Position numbers and translations under genes: made by a program
Notes under the pieces: model-generated
Seen by the model: the letters and a program-made list of their open reading frames with translations, nothing else
Database searches by the model: none
Told to the model about the DNA's origin: nothing
Part shown: positions 17,503 to 26,017 of the stretch, piece after piece
How the letters are laid out: every line of letters begins with the position of its first letter
How positions within the stretch are numbered: position 1 is the stretch's first letter
Virus record (IMG/VR): IMGVR_UViG_3300044268_006045
Coordinates: 1 to 26,884 of that record
Strand: one strand, 5' to 3'
Length of the DNA: 26,884 nt
Origin: a virus
Lineage: Duplodnaviria > Caudoviricetes

Positions 17503-20305
17503 GAAGAGACAGAATAGAATAGGAACAGTAATAAGCTCATCGGGAATTACTTCCCTATCGCCCAGAGTTTATCTTCGTAATATTGATAATGCATCAGGAT
17601 CATATCCAACAATATCACGAATGGGAGATACAAGATCAGGAGTATACTCTGCTTCCTTTGATGATACTAGCGTTATTTTTGCAGGTGCAGCTGAAAACAT
17701 GATATACGGCAGGCAAATACTGTCCTCTAGCCAATATTTGAGTGATTTTACTGCGACTCCAAGTACAAACCCGTCTTTAACTGGGCCAAGCACAGGGTCT
17801 TTTGGAGTTTCTGATCAAAGAATTGAAGTTCGAAAAACAGGCCAAGATATTGTACCTTTTGTTGAGCATAGAATTTTTGCTTGCGATCCTTCGACTATTA
17901 TTGATCCGTTTTATTTAACGGGAAGCAATATCGCAGATATGGGTCTTGGTTTTAAATCGCCTCTAAAAGATAAGACAAAGATAGAAATAGACATAAATCC
18001 AAGTGAGCAGACTAAGCTGTTTTTCACAACAGGATCAAATACCGGTGTTATTAATTCTGGCTTAGCTTACTACAATTTTGACTTAGATAGATTTGAAGTT
18101 CACGGAGACTTAACCACAGGAAGTAATATTGACTTCTTCAATCCAGATCCTTTGATGAGATCCGGGTCAATGCTAGCGTTTGCTCCTTCTTTTCCAATTA
18201 CAGATGCAGTAATTCAAAGAAATTCAGGATTTCCAACTACTCTATCAGGTTTTCCGTTTGATAAAAAGTTCAATGCGACCGGTTCGCAGCTATTTAAAGC
18301 ATCTGATATTATAAGTGCACCCTTCTTAGTAGAAAAAATGGTGTATGAGTTTAGCGGGTCAATGCCTTTCCTCTTTACAGGCACAACTCGCGCTAATATT
18401 ATGCAGTTCTTTATTTTAAATCAAAGAGGATATAGCATATCTGAAAGAAATATTAGAACATCCTGGAGAAACACCCGGAATTTCATTTCTGAATACGGCG
18501 GCTCAACTGTCACAGGAAGCTTTTTTGTTAATAACATTAAGGATATTGTGAATGTTGCTCAAGTTTCTCTCTATGATTCAACAGCAGAAGCTGCAGGAAT
18601 AGACCAACTAGGTATAGCTAGAGACTTAAACGTAGAATTTGACAGTCTTGCGACTGCCCCAACTAGTACTTTTGTCCTATCTTCTTCGATAAAAACGCCA
18701 TCAATAAACACAGGCCTCGGCTTCCTCGCGGCAAGAACAATTTCAAATTCAGACGGCGTCTGCCTCCTCAAAAATGAATTTGGAGGAAGAACTTCTTTAG
18801 CTAATCATCCTCAAGGTATTTTGTCTTCTCCTAGATCTTATATCAATAACGTTTCAGGTAGAAATTTAAGCGGGACTTTTGAGTCGACTTCTTTTGACTA
18901 CGTAACAGCTGAGCTATCTGAGCAGAATGATTTACCGTCACCTTACCTTCTTCTCCCGTCAGATAATTTAATATTTGGATGGGCAAATCAACAACAGCCG
19001 ACTTACAACAGCGGTGTGACCAGTGAAAGAAGAATCGCTGGTGAGTCTTCATTAGAGGACGGAAGATTTACCATTTTGCCAGGAAAAGGCAAGTTAGTCT
19101 TATACGGCTCTATGATCAGAGAGAACAAAGAGTTCCATCACGGATTAAATCAGCTATTGTCGTCTGACGCAGTACACGAAGACGTCAGAGATAACACAAC
19201 GCTATCAAACACATCTGACTGTCTTGACCAGTTTTCTGTAGATTATACAGCTGCTTATACAGGTTCTTATATTGACAACGTTTTCGATGAGGACCTAGGA
19301 CTGGGAGTCTCAAGAATAGGTTCGGATTTTAGCAGTGCTGTTAACGGAACAGCCGGAACCACTGGATCTCTTCTAAGAGGAGTCCAGCTTTTAGATCAAA
19401 GTGAGAGGTTCTACGATTCGTTGACTCCTGATATCTTGAGGGTATTTGCAACTGATAGCGCTGCTATTCCTTTTGATGAAGCTAGTCACACAGCAGTTTT
19501 GGCATTTGGGACTGGGTCTTTTACCCCGGGTTCTTCTACAGAAAATCAAGCCAATCACAGATGGCTTAAAGCATTTCCTTTTGAAAGCAGATATGAAGGC
19601 ATTCCAAGAACACTCAGTGCAGTAAAATCTTCACCGACAATCAGTGAAAAAGTCGCAGGCACATCAGTTGTTTTCACAGACTACGTATCTGAGTCAGGTA
19701 TTGGCATGTGGACAAACACATTGTTTTTGCCTTCCTCCGATGCTCCTGCTGACTTAAGAGACAGAAATAGAATTATTTTCGGATTTGGAGACGGTATAAA
19801 AACAGGCATCCCAGGAACTGTTGACGCTGCTCTAATCTCCCCATCATCTTTCGGAGCAAGTATATTCATTTTTGCAGGGCCCATATATAGAGGCTTTAAG
19901 TACGGTCTCCTTAACGCAGTCCCACAGTTTTCAAAAGCAGTTTTTAGGCATGATAGGTATGGCCAGTTTAGAGATATGCTGGAGCAAAGACTTTTTGCAA
20001 AATTTGAATCATCTGGTGATGAGTCAAGAGAGGTTGTCTCAACTGTGTTTTCTCGTGTGTTTAATGTTGGCGACGGAAATCTTGTTAGGCGACAATTTAC
20101 CCCGGAAGATTCGACTGGCCATCTAAATATAGACAGTAATTCAAAAGTAGCAAAACCTTTCTTTGACGTTGATCCTGTTAACGCAGCTAAAAACACTAAC
20201 ATTGAATCCTTGCAAGTTGCCAACATTAATTCTTTGGCTGGTGGTACCGATATTGATCCTAAAAACCTTGGTTTAAATGACTTCTCTTCGTTTGTAAAAG
20301 GTTAG
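17495..20305 (+). CDS. Large hypothetical virion/baseplate-associated protein
   Basis: 936-aa Ser/Thr/Gly-rich ORF in the structural operon. No enzyme motif recognised. Confidence 0.6.
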   Translation: MPKKRQNRIGTVISSSGITSLSPRVYLRNIDNASGSYPTISRMGDTRSGVYSASFDDTSVIFAGAAENMIYGRQILSSSQYLSDFTATPSTNPSLTGPSTGSFGVSDQRIEVRKTGQDIVPFVEHRIFACDPSTIIDPFYLTGSNIADMGLGFKSPLKDKTKIEIDINPSEQTKLFFTTGSNTGVINSGLAYYNFDLDRFEVHGDLTTGSNIDFFNPDPLMRSGSMLAFAPSFPITDAVIQRNSGFPTTLSGFPFDKKFNATGSQLFKASDIISAPFLVEKMVYEFSGSMPFLFTGTTRANIMQFFILNQRGYSISERNIRTSWRNTRNFISEYGGSTVTGSFFVNNIKDIVNVAQVSLYDSTAEAAGIDQLGIARDLNVEFDSLATAPTSTFVLSSSIKTPSINTGLGFLAARTISNSDGVCLLKNEFGGRTSLANHPQGILSSPRSYINNVSGRNLSGTFESTSFDYVTAELSEQNDLPSPYLLLPSDNLIFGWANQQQPTYNSGVTSERRIAGESSLEDGRFTILPGKGKLVLYGSMIRENKEFHHGLNQLLSSDAVHEDVRDNTTLSNTSDCLDQFSVDYTAAYTGSYIDNVFDEDLGLGVSRIGSDFSSAVNGTAGTTGSLLRGVQLLDQSERFYDSLTPDILRVFATDSAAIPFDEASHTAVLAFGTGSFTPGSSTENQANHRWLKAFPFESRYEGIPRTLSAVKSSPTISEKVAGTSVVFTDYVSESGIGMWTNTLFLPSSDAPADLRDRNRIIFGFGDGIKTGIPGTVDAALISPSSFGASIFIFAGPIYRGFKYGLLNAVPQFSKAVFRHDRYGQFRDMLEQRLFAKFESSGDESREVVSTVFSRVFNVGDGNLVRRQFTPEDSTGHLNIDSNSKVAKPFFDVDPVNAAKNTNIESLQVANINSLAGGTDIDPKNLGLNDFSSFVKG

Positions 20306-20321
20306 GTAGTAACTCAATAAG

Positions 20322-20327
20322 TATTTA
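20322..20327 (+). promoter_or_regulatory. Candidate late promoter TATTTA
   Basis: In the spacer upstream of the fibre gene; same hexamer as at 8961. Confidence 0.3.
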
Positions 20328-20349
20328 CGTATGATCTTTGGAGAGCTCC

Positions 20350-23300
20350 TTGTCTAATTTTACCAACCTGTTTGTTAATCAAAAAACAGGAAAAGTTGAA
20401 ACGATAGGCGCAACTAAAATTACTGCACTCGATATGAGGGCAGGTTCGGCTCGTGTAGGTTCTGCGGAAATGCCAGGGGCTGATACGAACTTCTTTGTTT
20501 CAGGTTCGGCAGCATCGAAGCTTTCTGGTGGCTTCGGTGTTTCTGTTTTAGGTGGTGATGTTGTAATCTCTGGTTCACTTTATGGTGGGCATTTACTTGA
20601 AGTTATGACTCCCATAAGAGCACATGAAGGAATCTCAGGATCTCTCCAGCGCCTCCAAGATGGCACATCTTATCTTGTCGCAGGTGAAAACGTCACAATA
20701 ACGACAGGGTCAACAGGTCAAGTTACAGTCGCAGCTTTTCCAGGGTGGACAGATGATGGAACGGTAGTTAGACTAGTAACCGCTACTGACAAAGTTGGCA
20801 TTGGTGCCAACAATCCTGAAGACTTTGGCAGCGATGTTTACTTGTATGTTTCTGGATCCTCGAGAGATGACGCAACAGGTGTGACAGTATTTGGAGGAGA
20901 CGTCGTCATATCAGGTACTTTGCACGGTGGCTCTCCTTTGAAAATTGCAGCTGAGGGTATAAAACTAGGGATGAAAACTGAGATTAAAGAATCTGCTACC
21001 GGAAAAATGTCATTTGGCGGTCTCTTTGTTGATGACGGCGCAATTGTGTTTGGAGAAGACGAAGAAAACGGCCAAAGGTTTGGTCTTGACCCAGTTGTTG
21101 GAAAAATTAAAATGGGCAACATGCACTTTGATGATGAAGGCATTTTGTTCGGCGATGAAAGATTCGGAATAGATTCTGGGAACAATAAGCTAAAGATCGG
21201 AGGAATGCACTTTGACGATGAAGGAATTTTGTTCGGTGAAGAGAGGTTCGGATTAGACGCTACTAACAACAAGCTGAAAATAGGAGCAATGCACTTTGAT
21301 GACGAGGGCATCCTTTTCGGTGAAGAGAGGTTCGGCATCGATCCATCACTTAATAAGTTGAAAATCGGCGGAATGCATTTTGATGACGAAGGTATTTTGT
21401 TTGGCGAGGAGAGATTCGGTGTAGATCCATCGCTTAATAAGTTAAAAATTGGTGGCATGCACTTTGATGACGAAGGTATTTTGTTTGGAAATGAACGCCT
21501 GGGAGTTGATACAAATAATAATAAATTTAAAATCGGTGGAATGCACTTTGACGATGAAGGTATTTTGTTTGGAAATGAACGCTTAGGAATTGATGCAAAT
21601 AATAATAAATTTAAAATCGGTGGCATGCACTTTGATGACCAAGGTATTTTGTTTGGAGATGAGCGGCTTGGCTTAGATGATCAAAACAACAATCTTAAGA
21701 TTGGACAAGTTGAGTTTGACAACGAAGGATTAGTAATCGGTAATCAAAAAATCAAAGAAGAAAACGGTTCTTTAAAGTTCGATGCAGATGATCTTTTGAT
21801 TGGAGATCAAAGGCTTGGCTTTGAAGAGGGCGCCTTGATGATGGGGCAGGAAGAAAATCAAGCTGTAAAAATAGGTGACGTCAGAGTGCTTGATAATGAG
21901 TTAAGCACCTGGTCAGAAAAACCCCTTGTTCTTGGCGCTGGCTTTGACGAATACGTCGTCATTGAAAACGAATTAATAGTCACAGGAACTTCAATAGTTG
22001 TCGGTAGCTTTTATGTATCTGACTGCCTGGTAAGTGAAACAAATGATATCACGGGATCTCTTACAAATCTTTATGACGGCTCTTCTTTCTTAGTTGCAGG
22101 CGATGGAATTAATATTATCTCACAGTCAAACGGATCTGTAATGATTTCACAAGAGGGTGGATCTGGTATTGGGAGCGCTGAGGATGGAAATTATGCAGAC
22201 GGCCTATTTTCTGATTTTACGACTAATACTCCTGTTGGAACTGCAGTTGACAGATTCAATGAAGTTCTCAAGTCTTTGGCTCCTTCACCTGCGCCAGTAG
22301 TTTCTCAAATTGCAGCAGATCAAAGCGGAGTATCTGCAAATCTTTCATTCGGCAAAAACGCTCCAAAGCCACTTTACACATCTGCTACCGGAGTAGGAAA
22401 TTTGGTTGCTGTGGGAGCTAATGAAAGCTTTAGTGCAGCCACAGTCGGAGGTGATCGTCGTATCGGGGTTATCAATGAAAACATCAACATCTCAGGAAAG
22501 ATTAATGATCACGTTGCCGCCGATTCAGTAAATTACTCAGCGGACGCCTTCGGCTCAGCAAATGTAGGCAGTTTAGTCCTGGAAATAAATGGTGCTGAGG
22601 TTGCATCAATAGATCTTACTAGCCTCACTTCAGAGCAATCAATCACTCCCGGAGGATCACAAATTAGCGTTTCTGCTCCTGTTGAAGCGCATTTTGATGA
22701 CGGGACTCCACTTGATGTTTTTATGCATAGGACTGGAAATTATGAGATTGATGCTAGCGAAATGCTGCTGGGGTATAACACAGCAAGAATTATACATCGA
22801 ACAAGCACAGATACAGTGACAAACTATTTAGATTGGATTGTTGACGACAGTTCTGAGCCTATCACTGCGCTAAGTTCAAACTTTACAAGCCTTACAATGT
22901 CAGGTCTTCGCCAGATCTCAGGAGTGTCTTATTTTACAGGAGGAACAGCAGATTACTCTGCAGTTGTAACTGGGGCGTATAGAACAGTTTATTCAAATTC
23001 TTCCTCTGCAATAACTTTTAACGGAACAAATTGCTCAATATCGTATGGGACTCCCGGCACCGGTGCTCTTCCAAGCATCATCCTCGGCATGGAAGATGAT
23101 AGTAAGATACTACCAGTGACGGGTTTAGCACAGATCACAGCTAATAAAATTTTAGGCGGTGGAATAACTGCTTCAATCAATGTTGCACACCCTTTAAGCG
23201 CAAATTCTCTCACAGCCGGAGGAGAGACTTCCGAGGGCAGTATGCTTGTCTATAACTTGTCTGACACTTCCACTGATACGTACGAGCCTTTCTTAGGCGA

Positions 23301-23889
23301 GGCATATCGAGTTCCTGAAGACGACTATGTCACACAGCATTTGCTAGGCACTCCGTGGGATTCTTCTGAGTCGCTTTTAATTAACAGCGGCCTTCTTGTT
23401 TATGACGAAAAGCTAGTGGCGCCGACTCAAAGCCTTAATGGCGGAAAGTTTACTAGTTTTGAAAATGGGCCGCCAGGTAACGTAAATTACTCTTCAATAA
23501 CTTCCGGCCCAAGAACTTATTACAGAAAGTTTAAAAACAACTCAGGCGGCTCAAAGACTAATTTTAGTTTAACTTTTGCAGGCTCTGGGACAATAGTTCC
23601 CAAAGGCACAAGTCTTGTGGGTAACAAAAATTTTAATGTCTTTGTAAAATTACCTGAGACGCTAGCGCTTCAGGGCACTGGGTGGATGGACTTGTCTCTT
23701 CCTTTCTCAACCGGGCAAGTCGGCGACGATGACGGCTGCTTAGTTGGAACGCTTGGGTCTATGGGACAAGCCTCTGAAGGTACTTTTGGAACACAGTTCT
23801 TAAGCAGTAATGATTATTTAGTTTTAAAAATTGAAGCAGACGCTTCTTGGACAGGTTATATCGACTCTATTAGCCTGAGTTGGGCGTAA
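20350..23889 (+). CDS. Tail fibre/appendage-like protein with internal 28-aa repeats (TTG 20350 preferred over TTG 20338)
   Basis: GGAG at 20340-20343 precedes TTG 20350. Modular beta-rich repeats, a KVGIG fibre-type motif and seven tandem 28-aa units. Confidence 0.65.
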   Translation: MSNFTNLFVNQKTGKVETIGATKITALDMRAGSARVGSAEMPGADTNFFVSGSAASKLSGGFGVSVLGGDVVISGSLYGGHLLEVMTPIRAHEGISGSLQRLQDGTSYLVAGENVTITTGSTGQVTVAAFPGWTDDGTVVRLVTATDKVGIGANNPEDFGSDVYLYVSGSSRDDATGVTVFGGDVVISGTLHGGSPLKIAAEGIKLGMKTEIKESATGKMSFGGLFVDDGAIVFGEDEENGQRFGLDPVVGKIKMGNMHFDDEGILFGDERFGIDSGNNKLKIGGMHFDDEGILFGEERFGLDATNNKLKIGAMHFDDEGILFGEERFGIDPSLNKLKIGGMHFDDEGILFGEERFGVDPSLNKLKIGGMHFDDEGILFGNERLGVDTNNNKFKIGGMHFDDEGILFGNERLGIDANNNKFKIGGMHFDDQGILFGDERLGLDDQNNNLKIGQVEFDNEGLVIGNQKIKEENGSLKFDADDLLIGDQRLGFEEGALMMGQEENQAVKIGDVRVLDNELSTWSEKPLVLGAGFDEYVVIENELIVTGTSIVVGSFYVSDCLVSETNDITGSLTNLYDGSSFLVAGDGINIISQSNGSVMISQEGGSGIGSAEDGNYADGLFSDFTTNTPVGTAVDRFNEVLKSLAPSPAPVVSQIAADQSGVSANLSFGKNAPKPLYTSATGVGNLVAVGANESFSAATVGGDRRIGVINENINISGKINDHVAADSVNYSADAFGSANVGSLVLEINGAEVASIDLTSLTSEQSITPGGSQISVSAPVEAHFDDGTPLDVFMHRTGNYEIDASEMLLGYNTARIIHRTSTDTVTNYLDWIVDDSSEPITALSSNFTSLTMSGLRQISGVSYFTGGTADYSAVVTGAYRTVYSNSSSAITFNGTNCSISYGTPGTGALPSIILGMEDDSKILPVTGLAQITANKILGGGITASINVAHPLSANSLTAGGETSEGSMLVYNLSDTSTDTYEPFLGEAYRVPEDDYVTQHLLGTPWDSSESLLINSGLLVYDEKLVAPTQSLNGGKFTSFENGPPGNVNYSSITSGPRTYYRKFKNNSGGSKTNFSLTFAGSGTIVPKGTSLVGNKNFNVFVKLPETLALQGTGWMDLSLPFSTGQVGDDDGCLVGTLGSMGQASEGTFGTQFLSSNDYLVLKIEADASWTGYIDSISLSWA
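21103..21690 (+). repeat. Seven tandem 84-bp (28-aa) coding repeats, consensus KLKIGGMHFDDEGILFGxERxGxDxxNN
   Basis: The MHF ATG falls at 21121, 21205, 21289, 21373, 21457, 21541 and 21625, an exact 84-nt period. Degenerate units flank both sides. Confidence 0.97.
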
Positions 23890-23890
23890 A

Positions 23891-25618
23891 ATGGCTTTTA
23901 ATAGTGCAACAGAGAGAGATTTAGCGCTTAAGAAGATTGTAGGGAAGGCACATACTTCTCCTGCTAAGGAAATAGCAAACGAATCTCTGACTAGCGGATT
24001 AACAATATCGTCACAGACAGTATTCGGACAACCTATACCTGACACGCCCAACAAGGCAGATTTTTATAAGATCACAGGGGATGCAGTTGAGTATTTGAAG
24101 ATGCCTGTAGTGTTTATTCCAGGTACTGATACTGATAGTGGTCGCCACAGCTTTGCAGTTAAACTACCTGATGATTATGAGTCAAATTCAAATAACCCCA
24201 AGGCAGGAATCGCTCCTTTTGTAAACGGACAGGTGATTCATCAATCTCTGGGATCCTTACAGCTAGTCCCCACAAGCTTCGGCTCTGATTATGAGGCAGT
24301 ACCCTACTACGGAAGTGAGTCAGCAGGATTAGACAGAATTTATCCGCTTGACGAAAGAGATTGGTCACTCGATTATTTCAATGGAGTCTTTTTTCAGCAA
24401 GATCCCCCAGGTGTCGGAGATCATTCACAAAACCCAACATATGTCAGTGCCTTTGTCTACATTGGAGACACCCTCGACGCAGTAATTAACGGATTGTCCG
24501 AAGGCGGCGGAGGCGGAGGTTCTGTCGTAGACGGTAGTTTTATTACTATCGAATCCGAAGAGGGCATGTCTAAAGAAAGAAAACTGTCAATTGGCACAGG
24601 GTTGTCAGGTAACGACGGAGGAGAAAACTCAAGCTTCCAGATTGAAGTCGATCCCTCTGTTGTTGCGATTCTTGCAGGATCTACTTTTACAGGTGACGTC
24701 TCGTTTAACCAGGGATTGTCTGGTTCATTGCAAAACCTGCAAGATGGTAGTTCATATCTTGTAGCTGGGAATAACATCCAGATTCAATCTGGATCCTCTG
24801 GCCAGGTAACGATATCAACAACAGCGACAGAAGGAAATACAGGTTTCACAACTCTCGTGTTAGGTTCTGAAACTCTTGAGGCTTCAACGTCTGAGGATAT
24901 CACTTTTGTAGCTGGCGAAGGAATGCAGATAAATACTGATTCTTCAACTAATACGCTGACTTTTAATACCGTTGAAAGCACTATGACAGAAGTTATAAAA
25001 GTCGGTAACTCGAAAGAAGAAGTTTTGACAGCTGCGTCACCTGAGACTTTGCTTCCATTTATATTGACAGGCACACCCGTTCCGGCAAGCTCTTTGGCTG
25101 TTTATGTTAACGGCGTGCGTCTTTCTCCAGCAGTTGATTTTACTTACGCATCCACAACAAAAACTGTTACACTGCTTGGCAATCACAATATTGACAGCAT
25201 GATAGTTGCAACTTACAACGAAGAAGTTGGCGGTACTATTGATGAGAACGATCCTAGGCTCACAGACGATCGAACCACCTCAGGAATTAGAACTGCAACG
25301 ACTGTCGTAAAAACTTCAGATTCCTCCTCTCCTTCTGAGGGTCAAGTTCTCGTTGCGAATAGCTCAACTCAAGCTGAGTGGAACGATCTGTTAATTTTTA
25401 ACGAAGTACCTACAGGCACGAAAGATGATACAAACCAGGACTTCACGCTTTCTAGGCAGCCGATGAATGAAAATGATATCATGGTTTTTGTAAATGGACT
25501 TCTTCAAAAAAAAGGCTCCGATGAAGATTTTACTCTCTCAGGAGATACGCTGACGTTTGCTGTTCCCCCGAACGAAGTCGACTTGATTTTAGTGACTTAT
25601 CGACCAAATTATTCTTAA
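23891..25618 (+). CDS. Virion structural protein with two C-terminal VxVNG beta-sandwich repeats
   Basis: LAVYVNGVRL..DFT (25058-25216) and IMVFVNGLLQ..DFT (25397-25600), an NDPRLTDDR fibre-type motif, and a 34-aa module shared with the upstream fibre. Confidence 0.65.
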   Translation: MAFNSATERDLALKKIVGKAHTSPAKEIANESLTSGLTISSQTVFGQPIPDTPNKADFYKITGDAVEYLKMPVVFIPGTDTDSGRHSFAVKLPDDYESNSNNPKAGIAPFVNGQVIHQSLGSLQLVPTSFGSDYEAVPYYGSESAGLDRIYPLDERDWSLDYFNGVFFQQDPPGVGDHSQNPTYVSAFVYIGDTLDAVINGLSEGGGGGGSVVDGSFITIESEEGMSKERKLSIGTGLSGNDGGENSSFQIEVDPSVVAILAGSTFTGDVSFNQGLSGSLQNLQDGSSYLVAGNNIQIQSGSSGQVTISTTATEGNTGFTTLVLGSETLEASTSEDITFVAGEGMQINTDSSTNTLTFNTVESTMTEVIKVGNSKEEVLTAASPETLLPFILTGTPVPASSLAVYVNGVRLSPAVDFTYASTTKTVTLLGNHNIDSMIVATYNEEVGGTIDENDPRLTDDRTTSGIRTATTVVKTSDSSSPSEGQVLVANSSTQAEWNDLLIFNEVPTGTKDDTNQDFTLSRQPMNENDIMVFVNGLLQKKGSDEDFTLSGDTLTFAVPPNEVDLILVTYRPNYS

Positions 25619-25631
25619 AAAAATATTCCAG

Positions 25632-25685
25632 CCCTCATACTTAATTTTGACTCATTCGCGTTGTTGAAAACATTCAAACTGAGGG
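25632..25685 (+). promoter_or_regulatory. Inverted repeat CCCTCA/TGAGGG masking the SD of the next gene, with candidate promoter TACTTA just 3' of the left arm
   Basis: CCCTCA at 25632-37, TACTTA at 25638-43, TGAGGG at 25680-85 (contains the SD), ATG at 25692. Confidence 0.4.
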
Positions 25686-25691
25686 AACTTA

Positions 25692-25910
25692 ATGTCAAAT
25701 AAAATTTATAAGACAAACGATCTTATTCTTGCGTCCTACTTGAAGCACAAAGGGATCGCACTTGACTCTTATCAAAAAGATGCAAAAGGACGCGTGACCT
25801 TTCAATTTAACGTTTCAGACGAGGACGTTGAGAACCTTGTCGTGCAATATCTGAACTCTGAGGAGAGAGCATTCTATGACGAACTAAAAGCTCTAAAGCG
25901 GCTCACGTGA
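25692..25910 (+). CDS. DUF5659-like small protein (possible nucleic-acid-binding regulator)
   Basis: YKTNDLILASYL...G...RVTFQF...FYDELKALK pattern; 72 aa; SD GAGGG. Confidence 0.65.
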   Translation: MSNKIYKTNDLILASYLKHKGIALDSYQKDAKGRVTFQFNVSDEDVENLVVQYLNSEERAFYDELKALKRLT

Positions 25911-25946
25911 GCTCAAGCCCTCGGCAGCCGCTAAAAATGCCGGGGC
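25897..25946 (+). other. Candidate H-type RNA pseudoknot spanning the DUF5659-like stop codon
   Basis: S1 is AGCGGCT (25897-903) with AGCCGCT (25926-932). S2 is GCCC(T)CGGC (25917-925) with GCCGGGGC (25939-946). Loop 3 is AAAAAT. Confidence 0.45.
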
Positions 25947-25954
25947 AAAAATAG

Positions 25955-26017
25955 AAATGCACATATAAAACAGATATAAAAATTCAAATTCAAATGCCAC
26001 ATGCACATGCAAATGCA
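25955..26017. repeat. A-rich hexamer-periodic tract (ATTCAA/ATGCAC/ATGCAA) plus ATATAAAA x2
   Basis: AT(T/G)C at 25982, 25988, 25994, 26001, 26007 and 26013; ATATAAAA at 25963 and 25974. Confidence 0.7.

Noticed and set aside
19681-20226. 181-aa minus-strand ORF and other short antisense or nested ORFs
   Set aside because: Fully nested in long + strand genes and show no motifs.
20838-21626. 262-aa minus-strand ORF with repeats
   Set aside because: Antisense shadow of the 84-bp coding repeat. Variation between copies is largely synonymous in the + frame.
21103-21690. Possible CRISPR array, given the Cas4-like gene
   Set aside because: The repeats are in-frame, codon-degenerate and lack unique spacers. 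No cas1 or cas2 is seen.
20629-24814. DGR template/variable repeat pair
   Set aside because: The shared modules differ at many non-adenine, synonymous positions, and no reverse transcriptase is seen.
25917-25951. Rho-independent terminator
   Set aside because: The hairpin is followed by an A-tract on + and has no U-tract downstream on either strand.
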